A stretch of DNA of 64,000 nt from Solirubrobacterales bacterium. Its GTDB lineage: Bacteria; Actinomycetota; Thermoleophilia; Solirubrobacterales; 70-9. The stretch's first letter is position 1; each line of letters starts with the position of its first letter. Under the pieces are notes generated by a model that was given only the letters and a program-made list of their open reading frames with translations, made no database searches and was not told where the DNA came from. The position numbers were made by a program, and so were the translations under genes. This document shows, piece by piece, positions 46,801 to 56,335 of the stretch. The stretch is taken from contig JBPCKC010000012.1 of NCBI GenBank assembly GCA_051004675.1, forward strand, positions 12,232-76,231, given 5' to 3'.

Positions 46801-47209
46801 CAACGGGCAGGCCTCGAATGTGCTCAGCGGCGGGCCCGAGCCGCCGCCGCCCGGCAAGTGTGAGGTGCTGCGAACCGGGACGGGGGCGGACGATCTGATC
46901 GTGGGCGGCGACGCCTCGGAGCTCCTGCTGGGGCTGGACGGCGCGGATCGGATCAAGGGCCGTGGTGGCGACGACTGCCTTGCCGGCGGGCGCGGAACCG
47001 ACCTGCTCCAGGGCGGAGCGGGTAACGACGTCCTCGACGGCGGGCTCCAACGCGACGTCCTGCGCGCCGGCGGCGGAAACGACCGCGTGCTCGCCAGCGG
47101 CTTCGGCAAGCGCGAGACCGTGCGCTGCGGACCGGGCACAGACCGGGCACGCATCGGCCGCTCGGACGACGCCCGGGGCTGCGAGCGCGTGCGATACGGC
47201 CGCGGGTAG
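43823..47209 (+). CDS. large secreted protein: neutral-ceramidase-like N-terminal region plus C-terminal RTX-type calcium-binding repeats (function tentative)
   Basis: Signal peptide MGRSFRWIGMAAAALTCSAAVPGSASA. SVRAIVIEGDDGTRIAILKNDQYIP...HLTMASTHNHSSP resembles the ceramidase N-terminal block. The C-terminus reads GADRIKGRGGDDCLAGGRGTDLLQGGAGNDVLDGG. Confidence 0.8.
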   Translation: MGRSFRWIGMAAAALTCSAAVPGSASAEVRAGATAVDASWHVGASAGQYASDGSFVDPAAGNYDPTVHSYRRAASYGIQSRLSVRAIVIEGDDGTRIAILKNDQYIPQDLVYRRAAQLLETEGECGIDAEHLTMASTHNHSSPMYSSSSWGVWAFQDVFDVRFFNYLARRMFLAVERACEDLVPVRIGASVGQFDKTHRHSFGAAIADDGTPAGYPQSNVDHDLTVIRFDDVTDPQDPRPLANLVNFNLHPEFLDGNDLISADYLGPLERMTDRATGAVTIWTQGAVGTSEPERSTYHSIHERLEFSHKDYAQAEYGARLMSDAIVGVWDDVAAGTPEDPARFVPFGTDPAVGMIDRWYPGPLSHPYPGVSNCRADSGLAGDPLIPVVGLPDCQGVLQGLGSLSDELGLPEPPDSPVPGIDPGLSTDDFQALGIPVPENYSAPSYTGLQEDIDVHLQGIRLGDIFLPVCSCEQWFDQSANIETRTDKVAGNEHLGYDWGAECDPLPANEWACPNPHNPSTDLAPVSDQEYRRMRAQVNNPANGWNNLENVLSAESEPTDTTQIKGNYTHDDRCGPTPLHPGNQPCGVGQASASANLGYTLTVPIAMANDYNGYIATYREYQRGDHYRKALTGWGPHSSDYMATRLVYLGRELRNAGVALPPDMLTESLLEPKVVADLAVNDARAQALGDTGGAAIAAYEAGLPDDGEPGPVAQPQDIERFGAALFRWDGGSNFTDNPEVRVEREVAPGSWEPYADQSGELPVTLKFPEGADTPSYLEGGHRWRWTAHFEAFVSPFDTGERPRATPPGDYRFVVDGMRRSGGQPVPYHLESETFGVSPWSGITVEDFRLEPDGTMSFRVGPRSTYTVGGPDSEVQVQGGRDPAVEAKIGPVDYPDTYDSPARFIDYRRTAYRDPQAPADPGQLEWFCFTCTFRPWVDAGDADDAEVTIVRESTGATERVPATLEGGRWVTDRVLAPGELAVVERGSVTDPHENFNGQASNVLSGGPEPPPPGKCEVLRTGTGADDLIVGGDASELLLGLDGADRIKGRGGDDCLAGGRGTDLLQGGAGNDVLDGGLQRDVLRAGGGNDRVLASGFGKRETVRCGPGTDRARIGRSDDARGCERVRYGRG

Positions 47210-47260
47210 GGCGAACGGGCATCCTGGCGGTTGGGCGACCGGCGCCTGACCGGCGCCTCC

Positions 47261-47290
47261 GGGGTCAGGCCCCTCGCGGGATCTGACCCC
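47261..47290. repeat. REP-like palindromic element, copy 3
   Basis: GGGGTCAGGc-ccc-tcgc-ggg-aTCTGACCCC. The 19-mer GGGATCTGACCCCGCGTGT (47278-47296) is identical to 20241-20259. Confidence 0.8.
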
Positions 47291-47320
47291 GCGTGTGCAA
47301 GGGCCTCCCCCGGCGGTTCG

Positions 47321-47326
47321 TATCTT
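47321..47326 (+). promoter_or_regulatory. -10-like TATCTT placed 7 nt before proB ATG (leaderless-type start)
   Basis: Sequence reads ggttcgTATCTTctctgtcATG, with no SD. Confidence 0.35.
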
Positions 47327-47333
47327 CTCTGTC

Positions 47334-48422
47334 ATGACAGTGGTGGCAAAGCTGGGCTCCTCGATCGTCGCCGGCGAGGACGGCAAGCTGCGCGCGGACG
47401 TGCTCGACGGCGTCTGCGAGCAGGTGGGAGTGCTGCACGCCGCAGGCGAGAACGTGGCGCTCGTCACCTCGGGAGCCGTCGCGTGCGGCATGCGCGTGAT
47501 GGGGCTGAGCGTCAGGCCCCGGGAGGTGGACGAGCTACAGGCCGCCTCGGCGGTGGGGCAGGGAACCCTCTTCCGCGCCTACGAGGAGCGCCTCGCGGCC
47601 CGCGACCTGCATGCCGCGCAGGTGCTCTTGACCTCGTTCGACATGTCGGCGCGGATGCACTATCTGAACGCGCGCCAGACGCTGCGCCGCCTGATGGAGT
47701 GGCGCGCCGTCCCGGTGGTGAACGAGAACGACACGACCGCCACCGACGAGATCACCTTCGGCGACAACGACTTCCTCTCCGCTCAGGTCGCGATCCTGCT
47801 CGGCGCGCGCCTGCTCGTGCTGCTCACCGACACGGCGGGCCTGCACACGGCCGATCCCGCCCTCGACCCCGGCGCCCAGCTCGTCCCGGAGGTAGACGAC
47901 TTCGCGACCCTGACCACGTTTCAGATCGGGCAGCGCACCTCGGCCTTCGGATCGGGGGGGATGCGCAGCAAGGTCGCCGCGGCCGAGATGGCCAGCGCGG
48001 CCGGGATCCCCGTCGTGATCTGCGACGGGACCGCCCCCGGGACCCTGGCGGCCGCCGCGGCCGGTGAGGCGGTCGGGACGAGCTTTGTTGCGCATCCCGA
48101 GCGAACGCCCTCGTTCAAGCTCTGGCTGCGCTACGCGAAGCCCAGCCACGGGAAGGTGGTCGTCGATGCCGGCGCTGCCCGCGTGCTGCGCGAGCGCGGG
48201 TCGAGCCTGCTCCCCGTAGGGATCATCAGCGTCGAGGGCGAGTTCGCGGCCGGCGACGCCGTCGAGGTGGTGTCCGGCTCCGAGGTCGTGGGCAAGGGGA
48301 TCTCCAACTACTCCGCGACCGAGCTCGACCGGATCAAGGGCCTGCGCTCCGAGCGCGTCCTCGAGCAGATGCCCGACGCCGCCGAGGAGGCGGTCCACCG
48401 CGACCATTTCGTGCTGACGTAG
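47334..48422 (+). CDS. proB: glutamate 5-kinase
   Basis: VVAKLGSSIV, VTSGAVA, NENDT..TDEITFGDND and a C-terminal PUA domain. ATG 47334 is in frame within track ORF 47295..48422. Confidence 0.93.
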   Translation: MTVVAKLGSSIVAGEDGKLRADVLDGVCEQVGVLHAAGENVALVTSGAVACGMRVMGLSVRPREVDELQAASAVGQGTLFRAYEERLAARDLHAAQVLLTSFDMSARMHYLNARQTLRRLMEWRAVPVVNENDTTATDEITFGDNDFLSAQVAILLGARLLVLLTDTAGLHTADPALDPGAQLVPEVDDFATLTTFQIGQRTSAFGSGGMRSKVAAAEMASAAGIPVVICDGTAPGTLAAAAAGEAVGTSFVAHPERTPSFKLWLRYAKPSHGKVVVDAGAARVLRERGSSLLPVGIISVEGEFAAGDAVEVVSGSEVVGKGISNYSATELDRIKGLRSERVLEQMPDAAEEAVHRDHFVLT

Positions 48423-48448
48423 TCACGCACGTCGTTACCCTTTCGGAG

Positions 48449-49708
<1,260 letters not shown>

Positions 49709-49711
49709 CGG

Positions 49712-50311
49712 GTGGCCGTCGGAGTACTCGGTGGCGCTTTCAACCCACCGCACATCGGACATCTTGTGCTCGCCCAGGAGGCCGCCGCGCAGCTCGGCCT
49801 GAATCGCGTCGTCCTGGTGCCGACGGGCCGCGCGCCGCACAAGCGGATCGCCGACGACCCGGGCATCGGCACACGCCTCGAGCTGACCAGGGTGGCTGCG
49901 ACGGAGAACGGGCTGCTTGAGGTCTCCGACTACGAGTGCGTGCGGGCGGGCGAGGATTCAGAGGCCTCCTACACCGTGCGCACCCTCGAGCACCTCAGCG
50001 AGCGCGGCGAGGATCTCTGCCTGCTGATGGGCGCCGACGTCGCCGCCCACCTCGAGGAGTGGCACGAGCCCCAGCGGGTGCTCGAACTGGCGCGGCTGGG
50101 GATCGCCTCGCGGCCGGGGACGGCGATCGACGAGGCCGAGGCGACGCTCGACCGGCTCGGCGCCGCCGATCGGGCCGAGATCGTGCGGATGCCCGAGCTG
50201 GGCGTCTCGTCGACCCGGATCCGGCGACGGGTCGCCCAGGGGCGGCCCGTCCGCTACCTGGTCACCGAAGGGGTGCTCGCGATGGTCGAGGGGGAGGGGC
50301 TTTACCGGTGA
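49712..50311 (+). CDS. nadD: nicotinate-nucleotide adenylyltransferase
   Basis: GVLGGAFNPPHIGHL and VSSTRIRRR motifs. Confidence 0.92.
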   Translation: MAVGVLGGAFNPPHIGHLVLAQEAAAQLGLNRVVLVPTGRAPHKRIADDPGIGTRLELTRVAATENGLLEVSDYECVRAGEDSEASYTVRTLEHLSERGEDLCLLMGADVAAHLEEWHEPQRVLELARLGIASRPGTAIDEAEATLDRLGAADRAEIVRMPELGVSSTRIRRRVAQGRPVRYLVTEGVLAMVEGEGLYR

Positions 50312-50700
50312 CGGGCGCCGACGAGCCGGCCCGCCAGGGCGCGGCTGAGGCCGAGCCGATCGCGTCGGAGGAGCTGGCGCGCCTGCTCGTGGGCATCGTC
50401 GACGACAAGCTCGGCGAGGACATGGTGGCCCTCGACGTGCGGTCGCTGGTGGGCTACACGGACGTCCTCCTGGTCTGCACCGCGCGCAACGAGCGCCAGG
50501 CGAAGGGGATCCACGACGAGGTCCGGGAGCGGATGAAGAAGGATCACGGCCTGCTGCCCGCCGCCGTGGAGGGGGAGGCCGAGGCGCGCTGGGTGCTGAT
50601 GGACTACCTCGACTGCGTCCTGCACATCTTCGTGGCCGAGCTTCGCGAGCGCTACCGGCTCGAGGTCCTCTGGGGCGAGGCCCCGAAGCTCGAGCTATAG
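50308..50700 (+). CDS. rsfS: ribosome silencing factor RsfS
   Basis: DMVALDVRSLVGYTDVLLVCTARNERQAKGIHDEV...WVLMDYLDCVLHIF. GTGA overlap with nadD. Confidence 0.9.
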   Translation: MTGADEPARQGAAEAEPIASEELARLLVGIVDDKLGEDMVALDVRSLVGYTDVLLVCTARNERQAKGIHDEVRERMKKDHGLLPAAVEGEAEARWVLMDYLDCVLHIFVAELRERYRLEVLWGEAPKLEL

Positions 50701-50711
50701 CCTCCGCCGCC

Positions 50712-52058
50712 GTGGACAGGGTCTGTGTGATCGGGGCGGGCTCGTCGGGGATCGCGTCCTGCCAGGTGCTCGCCGAGCGCGGCATCTCCTTCGACTGCTT
50801 CGAGCGGGGCTCCGAGGTGGGCGGCAACTGGCGCTACCTCAACGACAACGGGATGTCCTCGGCGTACTCCTCGCTGCACATCAACACCTCACGGAGGCAG
50901 ATGGAGTACGCGTCGTACCCGATGCCCGACGACTACCCCGATTACCCGCACCACACCCAGATCGCCGCCTACTTCGATGACTACGTCGACCACTTCTCCT
51001 TCCGCGACCGGATCAGCTTCAAGACAACGGTGACGAGCGTGGCGCCTGCCGCGGAAGGCGGTTGGGAGGTCCGTACCGACGACGGCGGGATGCGTCGCTA
51101 CCGGGCGGTGCTGGTGGCGAACGGGCACCACTGGGAGCCGCGCTGGCCCGAGCCGCCGTTCCCGGGCTCCTTCGACGGCGTGCAGATGCACGCCCACGAC
51201 TACCGCACGTCCGAGGGTTGCGAGGACCGCAACGTGCTGGTGCTGGGGATCGGCAACTCGGCCTGCGACATCGCGGTTGAGACCTCCCGGGTATCGAGCA
51301 TGACCTACCTCGCGATGCGCCGGGGCGCGTACGTGATCCCCAAGTACCTGAACGGGCATCCCACCGACGAGCTGGGGGGCGGGCTGGCGAGTCGGCTGCC
51401 GCTCTGGGTGACCCGCGGCCTCTACGGGCGCGCGCTGCGGACGGCCGTGGGCGCCCCGACCGACCACGGCCTGCCGGAGCCCGACCACAAGCTCGCGGAG
51501 GCGCATCCGACGATCTCCTCGGACCTGCTGCCGCGCATCGGCCACGGGCGGATCACGGTGAAGCCCAACATCGAGCGGCTGGAGGGCTCGAGTGTGCGCT
51601 TCGCCGACGGCTCGGTGGAGGGCATCGAGGTGATCGTCTACTGCACGGGCTACAAGATCGTCTTCCCGTTCCTCTCCGACGATCTCGTCAGCGCCGCCGA
51701 CAACCGGATCTCGCTCTACCGCAGGATGGTCGACCCCGACCACGAGGGCCTCTACTTCATCGGCCTGATCCAGCCGCTCGGGGCGATCATGCCGATCGCG
51801 GAGGAGCAGTCGAAGTGGGTCGCCGACCTGCTGCTCGGCGATGCGGTGCTCCCCGACCGCGAGCGGATGCTCGCGGCGATCGAAAAGGACGACCGGCGGA
51901 TGGCGAAGCGCTACGTGGCCTCCAAGCGCCACACGATCCAGGTCGACTTCCTCCCCTACATGCGGACGATCGAGCGGGAGCGAAAGCGCGGGCGCCGTCG
52001 CGCGGGTGGCCGCCGCCCCGAACGATCGCACGAGCTGCGCGTCGGGGTCGGAAGCTGA
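50712..52058 (+). CDS. flavin-containing monooxygenase
   Basis: VCVIGAGSSGIA, GGNWRY, FDGVQMHAHDYR (FMO motif) and VLGIGNSACDIA. Confidence 0.88.
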   Translation: MDRVCVIGAGSSGIASCQVLAERGISFDCFERGSEVGGNWRYLNDNGMSSAYSSLHINTSRRQMEYASYPMPDDYPDYPHHTQIAAYFDDYVDHFSFRDRISFKTTVTSVAPAAEGGWEVRTDDGGMRRYRAVLVANGHHWEPRWPEPPFPGSFDGVQMHAHDYRTSEGCEDRNVLVLGIGNSACDIAVETSRVSSMTYLAMRRGAYVIPKYLNGHPTDELGGGLASRLPLWVTRGLYGRALRTAVGAPTDHGLPEPDHKLAEAHPTISSDLLPRIGHGRITVKPNIERLEGSSVRFADGSVEGIEVIVYCTGYKIVFPFLSDDLVSAADNRISLYRRMVDPDHEGLYFIGLIQPLGAIMPIAEEQSKWVADLLLGDAVLPDRERMLAAIEKDDRRMAKRYVASKRHTIQVDFLPYMRTIERERKRGRRRAGGRRPERSHELRVGVGS

Positions 52059-52099
52059 CGGGGATCGGATCCGTCCGGAGCCCGGCCTAGCTTTCGTCC

Positions 52100-52912
52100 A
52101 TCGCGAAGGGTCGCTTCAAGAGGTCTCTGCTCGGCTACGCGCGCGCGGAGGTCGACGCCTCCATCGCGGAGCTCGAGGAGCTGGTCACGATCCAGGACGC
52201 GGAGATCGCCGCGCGCTCTCTGGAGCTGGCCGGGCGAGAACGCCGGATCGGCGAGCTGGAGCGGGTCGCGACGAGGCTCAGCGAGCGCGTGGTGGAGCGC
52301 GAGGGCGAGCTGCGGCGCCTGCGCGCCGAGTTGGCACGGTTCACCGGCGAGGGCGACGCGCAGCTGGCCACGATGGCGGCGCTCCTCGGAGAGCTCGAGG
52401 ACGTGAGGCGGACCGCACGGGGGCAGGCGACGCGAATCCGGCTGGGCGCCCTGCGTGAGGCGGCCGAGCTGAGCGAGCGAGTCACCGAGCTGACGAAGGG
52501 ACCCGCGGGTATGTCTGAGCGGATGCTCGAGGCGCTGACGGAGGCGATCGGGCGGATCGGCGGGGAGAACGCGGAGGAGGCCCCCGGCGAGGCCGGCGCC
52601 GAAGGTGCGGCCGAGGCGGGCATGAACGGGCACGGCGGCGTGGATCCGGAGGACCTCTTCAACGGCCTGATCGAGGTGGAGATCGGCCCGCTTCGGGACT
52701 TCTCGCAGCTCGTCGGCTTCGAGGACGCCGCGAAGTCGATCGGGGCGACGTCGGACATCACGGTCACGCGGTTCTCGGGGGGCCGGGCGACGCTCGAGCT
52801 CTCGCTGGCGGAGCCGGTCGCTCTGCTTCGCGAGCTCGAGGAGCGCTGCGACCTCGAGCTCGTGATCCGCGACATGCGCGCGGACCGCCTCGTGCTCGAC
52901 GTGGGCAACTAG
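52100..52912 (+). CDS. DivIVA-domain protein (5' end unresolved; canonical start only at GTG 52289)
   Basis: In the frame of track ORF 52289..52912, the upstream 66 codons read LSSIAKGRFKRSLLGYARAEVDASIAELEELVTIQDAEIAARSLELAGRERRIGELERV. This is the DivIVA N-terminal F-x5-GY-x3-EVD pattern plus coiled coil. In-frame TAG at 52088. No ATG/GTG/TTG before 52289. Confidence 0.6.
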   Translation: MAKGRFKRSLLGYARAEVDASIAELEELVTIQDAEIAARSLELAGRERRIGELERVATRLSERVVEREGELRRLRAELARFTGEGDAQLATMAALLGELEDVRRTARGQATRIRLGALREAAELSERVTELTKGPAGMSERMLEALTEAIGRIGGENAEEAPGEAGAEGAAEAGMNGHGGVDPEDLFNGLIEVEIGPLRDFSQLVGFEDAAKSIGATSDITVTRFSGGRATLELSLAEPVALLRELEERCDLELVIRDMRADRLVLDVGN

Positions 52913-53005
52913 CCGCGCCGCGAAGCGGTCGACGAAACCCACCGAGAGCATGGGTTTCGCCGGTGGGTTCGGCGCGAAGCCCGCCGCTAGACTGAGCCGC
53001 CGCCC

Positions 53006-53078
53006 GGGGCTGTAGCTCAGTTGGGAGAGCGTTCGGCTGGCAGCCGAAAGGTCGGGGGTTCGAATCCCCCCAGCTCCA
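53006..53078 (+). tRNA. tRNA-Ala (anticodon GGC)
   Basis: Hand-folded cloverleaf. Acceptor GGGGCTG/CAGCTCC with the G3:U70 alanine identity pair. D arm GCTC-AGTTGGGA-GAGC. Anticodon arm TTCGG-CTGGCAG-CCGAA. T arm GGGGG-TTCGAAT-CCCCC. Discriminator A. CCA is not fully encoded (CCT). Confidence 0.93.
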
Positions 53079-53090
53079 CCTCAGGGAACC

Positions 53091-53113
53091 CCTGCTCCGG
53101 CGGGCGTTTTTTT
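53091..53113 (+). terminator. weak hairpin plus T7 tract after tRNA-Ala
   Basis: GCTC-cggc-GGGC followed by g and TTTTTTT (53107-53113). This is the only long T run I noticed in the window. Confidence 0.35.
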
Positions 53114-53262
53114 CATTGGCAGAGTGCCTCGAGACTCGGCCGGAGGGGCGAAGCCGCTCGGGTAGTGCCTACCGTGGACACCAGCCCGGTTCTGATGGCC
53201 AAATCGAACCTGATTTCCGCGCGCTGCGCGGCAGCCCGAGGGCCCCCCTGGTCCCTGCTCGA

Positions 53263-56232
53263 TCAGGGTTCCAACGGCGGCCCGTAGCGGCCCGTGTTTC
53301 GGGCGTCGTGGCGGAAGCTCGGCCACTGGCTCGCAGATGCCTTTGCCGGCGTGTCCCAGACCAGCAGGTAGCCGTCGCGGGTGACGGCGACGACCTCGTT
53401 GCGGTGATCGCCGTCGACATCGCCGACCGCCGGCGAGGCGAGCAGCCAGCCGCCGGTCTGCTTCGGCCAGCCTGGCGGCTCGCTGCCGTCGGGCTTGAAG
53501 GCGTGGAGGACGTTGCCGCTGGTGCCGTTGAGGACCTCCGCGCCACCGTCCCCGTCGACATCGGCGAGCGCCGGTGAGGTGAGGATCTCCCAGCCCTCGG
53601 TGGGGATCGGAAAGGCGTCGAGCCAGGCGCCGGATCCGGCGTCCCAGCCACCGAGCAGGTGCTCGAAGGCGATCGGGGTCGCGGGCTGGAGCTGGGCCTG
53701 GGCGAGGCGGTTGTCGACGATGCCGCCGAAGAAGCGCAGCGGCCCGCCGGGCTGGGTGCGGCCGAAGGCGCCGTTGGCGCCGAGCGCCAGCGCGCCAGGG
53801 GCGTCGGCCGGCGACGACACGCCCCGGCCGGCGATCTGGAAGCGGCTCTGGCCGCCGGCACCGCCGAGCCGGGTGCCGTCACCGTCGTAGAGCTCGGGCT
53901 GGCCGGTGAAGGCGGCGACGGCCACCTCGTCGTCGCCGTCGCCGTCGGTGTCGGCGAGCGAGGGCGATACCGGGACGCCCTCGCCGGCAAGCGGGATCGA
54001 GTCGGCGGCCAGTGCCGGCGGCGCGACCGGCCAGCCGGGCAGGAGCTTGCCGCGGGCGTCGAAGGCGTAGACCCGGCCGCTGGTCGAGGGCGTCAAGCCG
54101 TAGGCCTCGGCGGTTCCCTCGACCACCTCCGGCGAGCCGTCGCCGTCGAGGTCGCCGATCGCGGGCGAGGAGAGGATCTTGGTGACATCGCCGCCGCTCG
54201 CCTCATCACGGGCCCGCACCGGCCAGCCGCGAACGTTGCGACCACGGCCGTTGACGGCGTAGATCCGCTGATCGGCGGCGCCGAAGACGGCCTCGAGCTT
54301 CGGCCCGCCGCGCAGATCTGCAAGCGCCGGGCTGGCGTAGATCGACGAATCGAGCCTGCCGTCGGAGGCGGTCCCGTGGAGCTTGATCCGGAACGGGAAA
54401 CCGTCGAGAAGACGGCCGCGGCGGCTGTAGGCGTAGAGGCGCCCGTCGAGCCCGGCGGCGACCACCTCGGGCCTCGGGTTGCCGGCGATGTCACCGATCG
54501 CCGGCGTCGCGAGAAAGCCGCTGCGGATCGTGCCGATCCGGTCCGAGGCCGGCCCAGAGCCACGGGCGCGCTTCATCCGCTGCGGCCAGCCGCGGAGCTC
54601 GTCTCCGCTGCGGCCGGAATAAGCGTGCAGCCTCCCGTCGGAGGTGGCGAGGACGATCTCCTTGCCGGGGCGGCGGTCGAGCCGGGCGAGCTGCGGCGAG
54701 GCCTCGCCGGAGGTGCCGAGGCGCTTTGGATAGCCGCGATGCACCCGCTGGGCCGGCGGCAGGATCTCGAAGAAGACTCGTTCCTCGCCGACGTTGCCGT
54801 CGGCGTCGGTGGCGGACATCCGCAGCGTGTAGCCGCCTGCGGCGAGCCCGTTCAGCGTTGTGCCGACCCCATCGCCGTTCGGGCCGGCGCTGCCGGAGGA
54901 GACCTCCTGCCACGAGTCCGGCTGCTCGCCCTCGCCGATCTCGATCGTCCATTGGGTCGCCGAGCGACCGGCGACCGTCGCCTCGACCCGAATCGCGTCC
55001 GCGGCGGCGCCCGCGTAGGGCCGGTACCAGCCGGGGCTGTGGATGTCGGGCACCGGCGGCAGCCGGCTGCGGCGCACCATCCGCACCGCCTCGTAGGCGT
55101 TGACGCGGCCCCAGCCAGAGAGCAGATCCCAGCCGGGGGCGTAGCCGTTGGCCGGGTCGTCGAGATCGTCCGCGCTCATGCGGATGATCTCGATCGCCTC
55201 GCCGGGGCGCAGGTCGAGCCCGACCTGCTTGGCACGGGAGGCGATCAGGGTCGCCACCGCGGCAACGTGCGGGGTCGCCGCCGAGGTCCCCGACCACGTG
55301 AGCTGATCGCCGCCGCCGAAGTTGACGGTGGGAACCTGGGTCGGGGCGACGACGTCGAGGTGCGGACCGTAGTCGGCGTAGGAGGCGTGGACGGTGAAGT
55401 CGGTTGCGATCGGGGCCAGGTTGGGGTTCATGGCGCGCAGGTCGGCCGTGTCGGGGTTGATGCCGCCGACCGCGAGCACATGGTCGTGCGATTGCGGGTA
55501 GTGGTGGTGGAAGTGGAACTCGTTGCCGGAGGCTACGGCGACCACGGCGCCCTTGCGGTAGGCGTACTCGGCGGCGCGGCGCAGCGCCTTCGGGAAGGAG
55601 TCGGCGCCGAGGCTCATGCTGAGCGCGTCGGCGCCCTGATCGACCGCGTAGACCATCGCCTGCGCCAGCCGCGAGCCGCGGTGGAGGATGTTGTCGGCGG
55701 TGCGGAGGGCGAGGATGCCGGCGTCCGGCGCGATCCCGGCGACCGAGATGCCGTTGTCGGCCGTCGCGCCGAGCACGCCGGCGACGTTGGTCCCGTGGCC
55801 GTTGGCGGTGTCGGAGGTGGCGTCGTTGTCGCCGTCGTAGAAATCCCATCCGCGCCAGTCGTCGACAAAGCCGTTGCCGTCGTCGTCAATGCCGTTGTCG
55901 GAGCGCGAGCCGTTCTCGCCGGGGTTCTCATACCAGCGGCCGCTCAGGTCGGGCTGGTCGAAGTCGACGCCGACGTCGATGTCGGCGACCGTCGCCCCCT
56001 TGCCCGTGGTCAGGGCCCAGGCGCGATCGACCGAGATCCCGCGGTCGAAGCCTGCCGCCGGGCTGGCCAGGTCCCACTGCTCGTTGGCGTAGTTGGGCAG
56101 TGGGCTGGCGTCGTAGAGAGGGTCGTTCGGAGGGTCCTCGGGGAACGCGGCCCGGGCGCCCGCGGCGCCGGCAAGCAGGATCAGCGCTGCCGTGGTCGCG
56201 ATCCCCCCGCGTCCGGCGATTCTGATGCTCAT
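53263..56232 (-). CDS. secreted S8 (subtilisin-like) serine peptidase with C-terminal FG-GAP/VCBS-type repeats
   Basis: Signal peptide. Catalytic triad blocks ATVADIDVGVD, HGTNVAGVLG and SGTSAATPHVAAV. Then at least 6 repeats of the type AIGDLDGDGSPEVV / ALADVDGDGGAEVL / AVGDVDGDHRNEVV. Confidence 0.9.
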   Translation of the reverse strand: MSIRIAGRGGIATTAALILLAGAAGARAAFPEDPPNDPLYDASPLPNYANEQWDLASPAAGFDRGISVDRAWALTTGKGATVADIDVGVDFDQPDLSGRWYENPGENGSRSDNGIDDDGNGFVDDWRGWDFYDGDNDATSDTANGHGTNVAGVLGATADNGISVAGIAPDAGILALRTADNILHRGSRLAQAMVYAVDQGADALSMSLGADSFPKALRRAAEYAYRKGAVVAVASGNEFHFHHHYPQSHDHVLAVGGINPDTADLRAMNPNLAPIATDFTVHASYADYGPHLDVVAPTQVPTVNFGGGDQLTWSGTSAATPHVAAVATLIASRAKQVGLDLRPGEAIEIIRMSADDLDDPANGYAPGWDLLSGWGRVNAYEAVRMVRRSRLPPVPDIHSPGWYRPYAGAAADAIRVEATVAGRSATQWTIEIGEGEQPDSWQEVSSGSAGPNGDGVGTTLNGLAAGGYTLRMSATDADGNVGEERVFFEILPPAQRVHRGYPKRLGTSGEASPQLARLDRRPGKEIVLATSDGRLHAYSGRSGDELRGWPQRMKRARGSGPASDRIGTIRSGFLATPAIGDIAGNPRPEVVAAGLDGRLYAYSRRGRLLDGFPFRIKLHGTASDGRLDSSIYASPALADLRGGPKLEAVFGAADQRIYAVNGRGRNVRGWPVRARDEASGGDVTKILSSPAIGDLDGDGSPEVVEGTAEAYGLTPSTSGRVYAFDARGKLLPGWPVAPPALAADSIPLAGEGVPVSPSLADTDGDGDDEVAVAAFTGQPELYDGDGTRLGGAGGQSRFQIAGRGVSSPADAPGALALGANGAFGRTQPGGPLRFFGGIVDNRLAQAQLQPATPIAFEHLLGGWDAGSGAWLDAFPIPTEGWEILTSPALADVDGDGGAEVLNGTSGNVLHAFKPDGSEPPGWPKQTGGWLLASPAVGDVDGDHRNEVVAVTRDGYLLVWDTPAKASASQWPSFRHDARNTGRYGPPLEP

Positions 56233-56335
56233 GGACCAACGGTAGCGGCGGACGATCGCGGTCGCGCCGGTCGAGCGGAGGGTGCCATGCGCCGGTAGTG
56301 GCGCGAGCGCGGACCAGCGCCCCTACGCTTGCGCG

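Noticed and set aside
43808-47491. 1227-aa minus-strand ORF
   Set aside because: It is antisense to the signal-peptide-bearing ceramidase-like/RTX gene and to the start of proB. It has no recognisable motifs, whereas the plus frame has a signal peptide, a THNHSSP block and RTX repeats.
53659-56298. 879-aa plus-strand ORF
   Set aside because: It is antisense to the S8 peptidase, whose Asp/His/Ser catalytic blocks and FG-GAP repeats are unambiguous on the minus strand.
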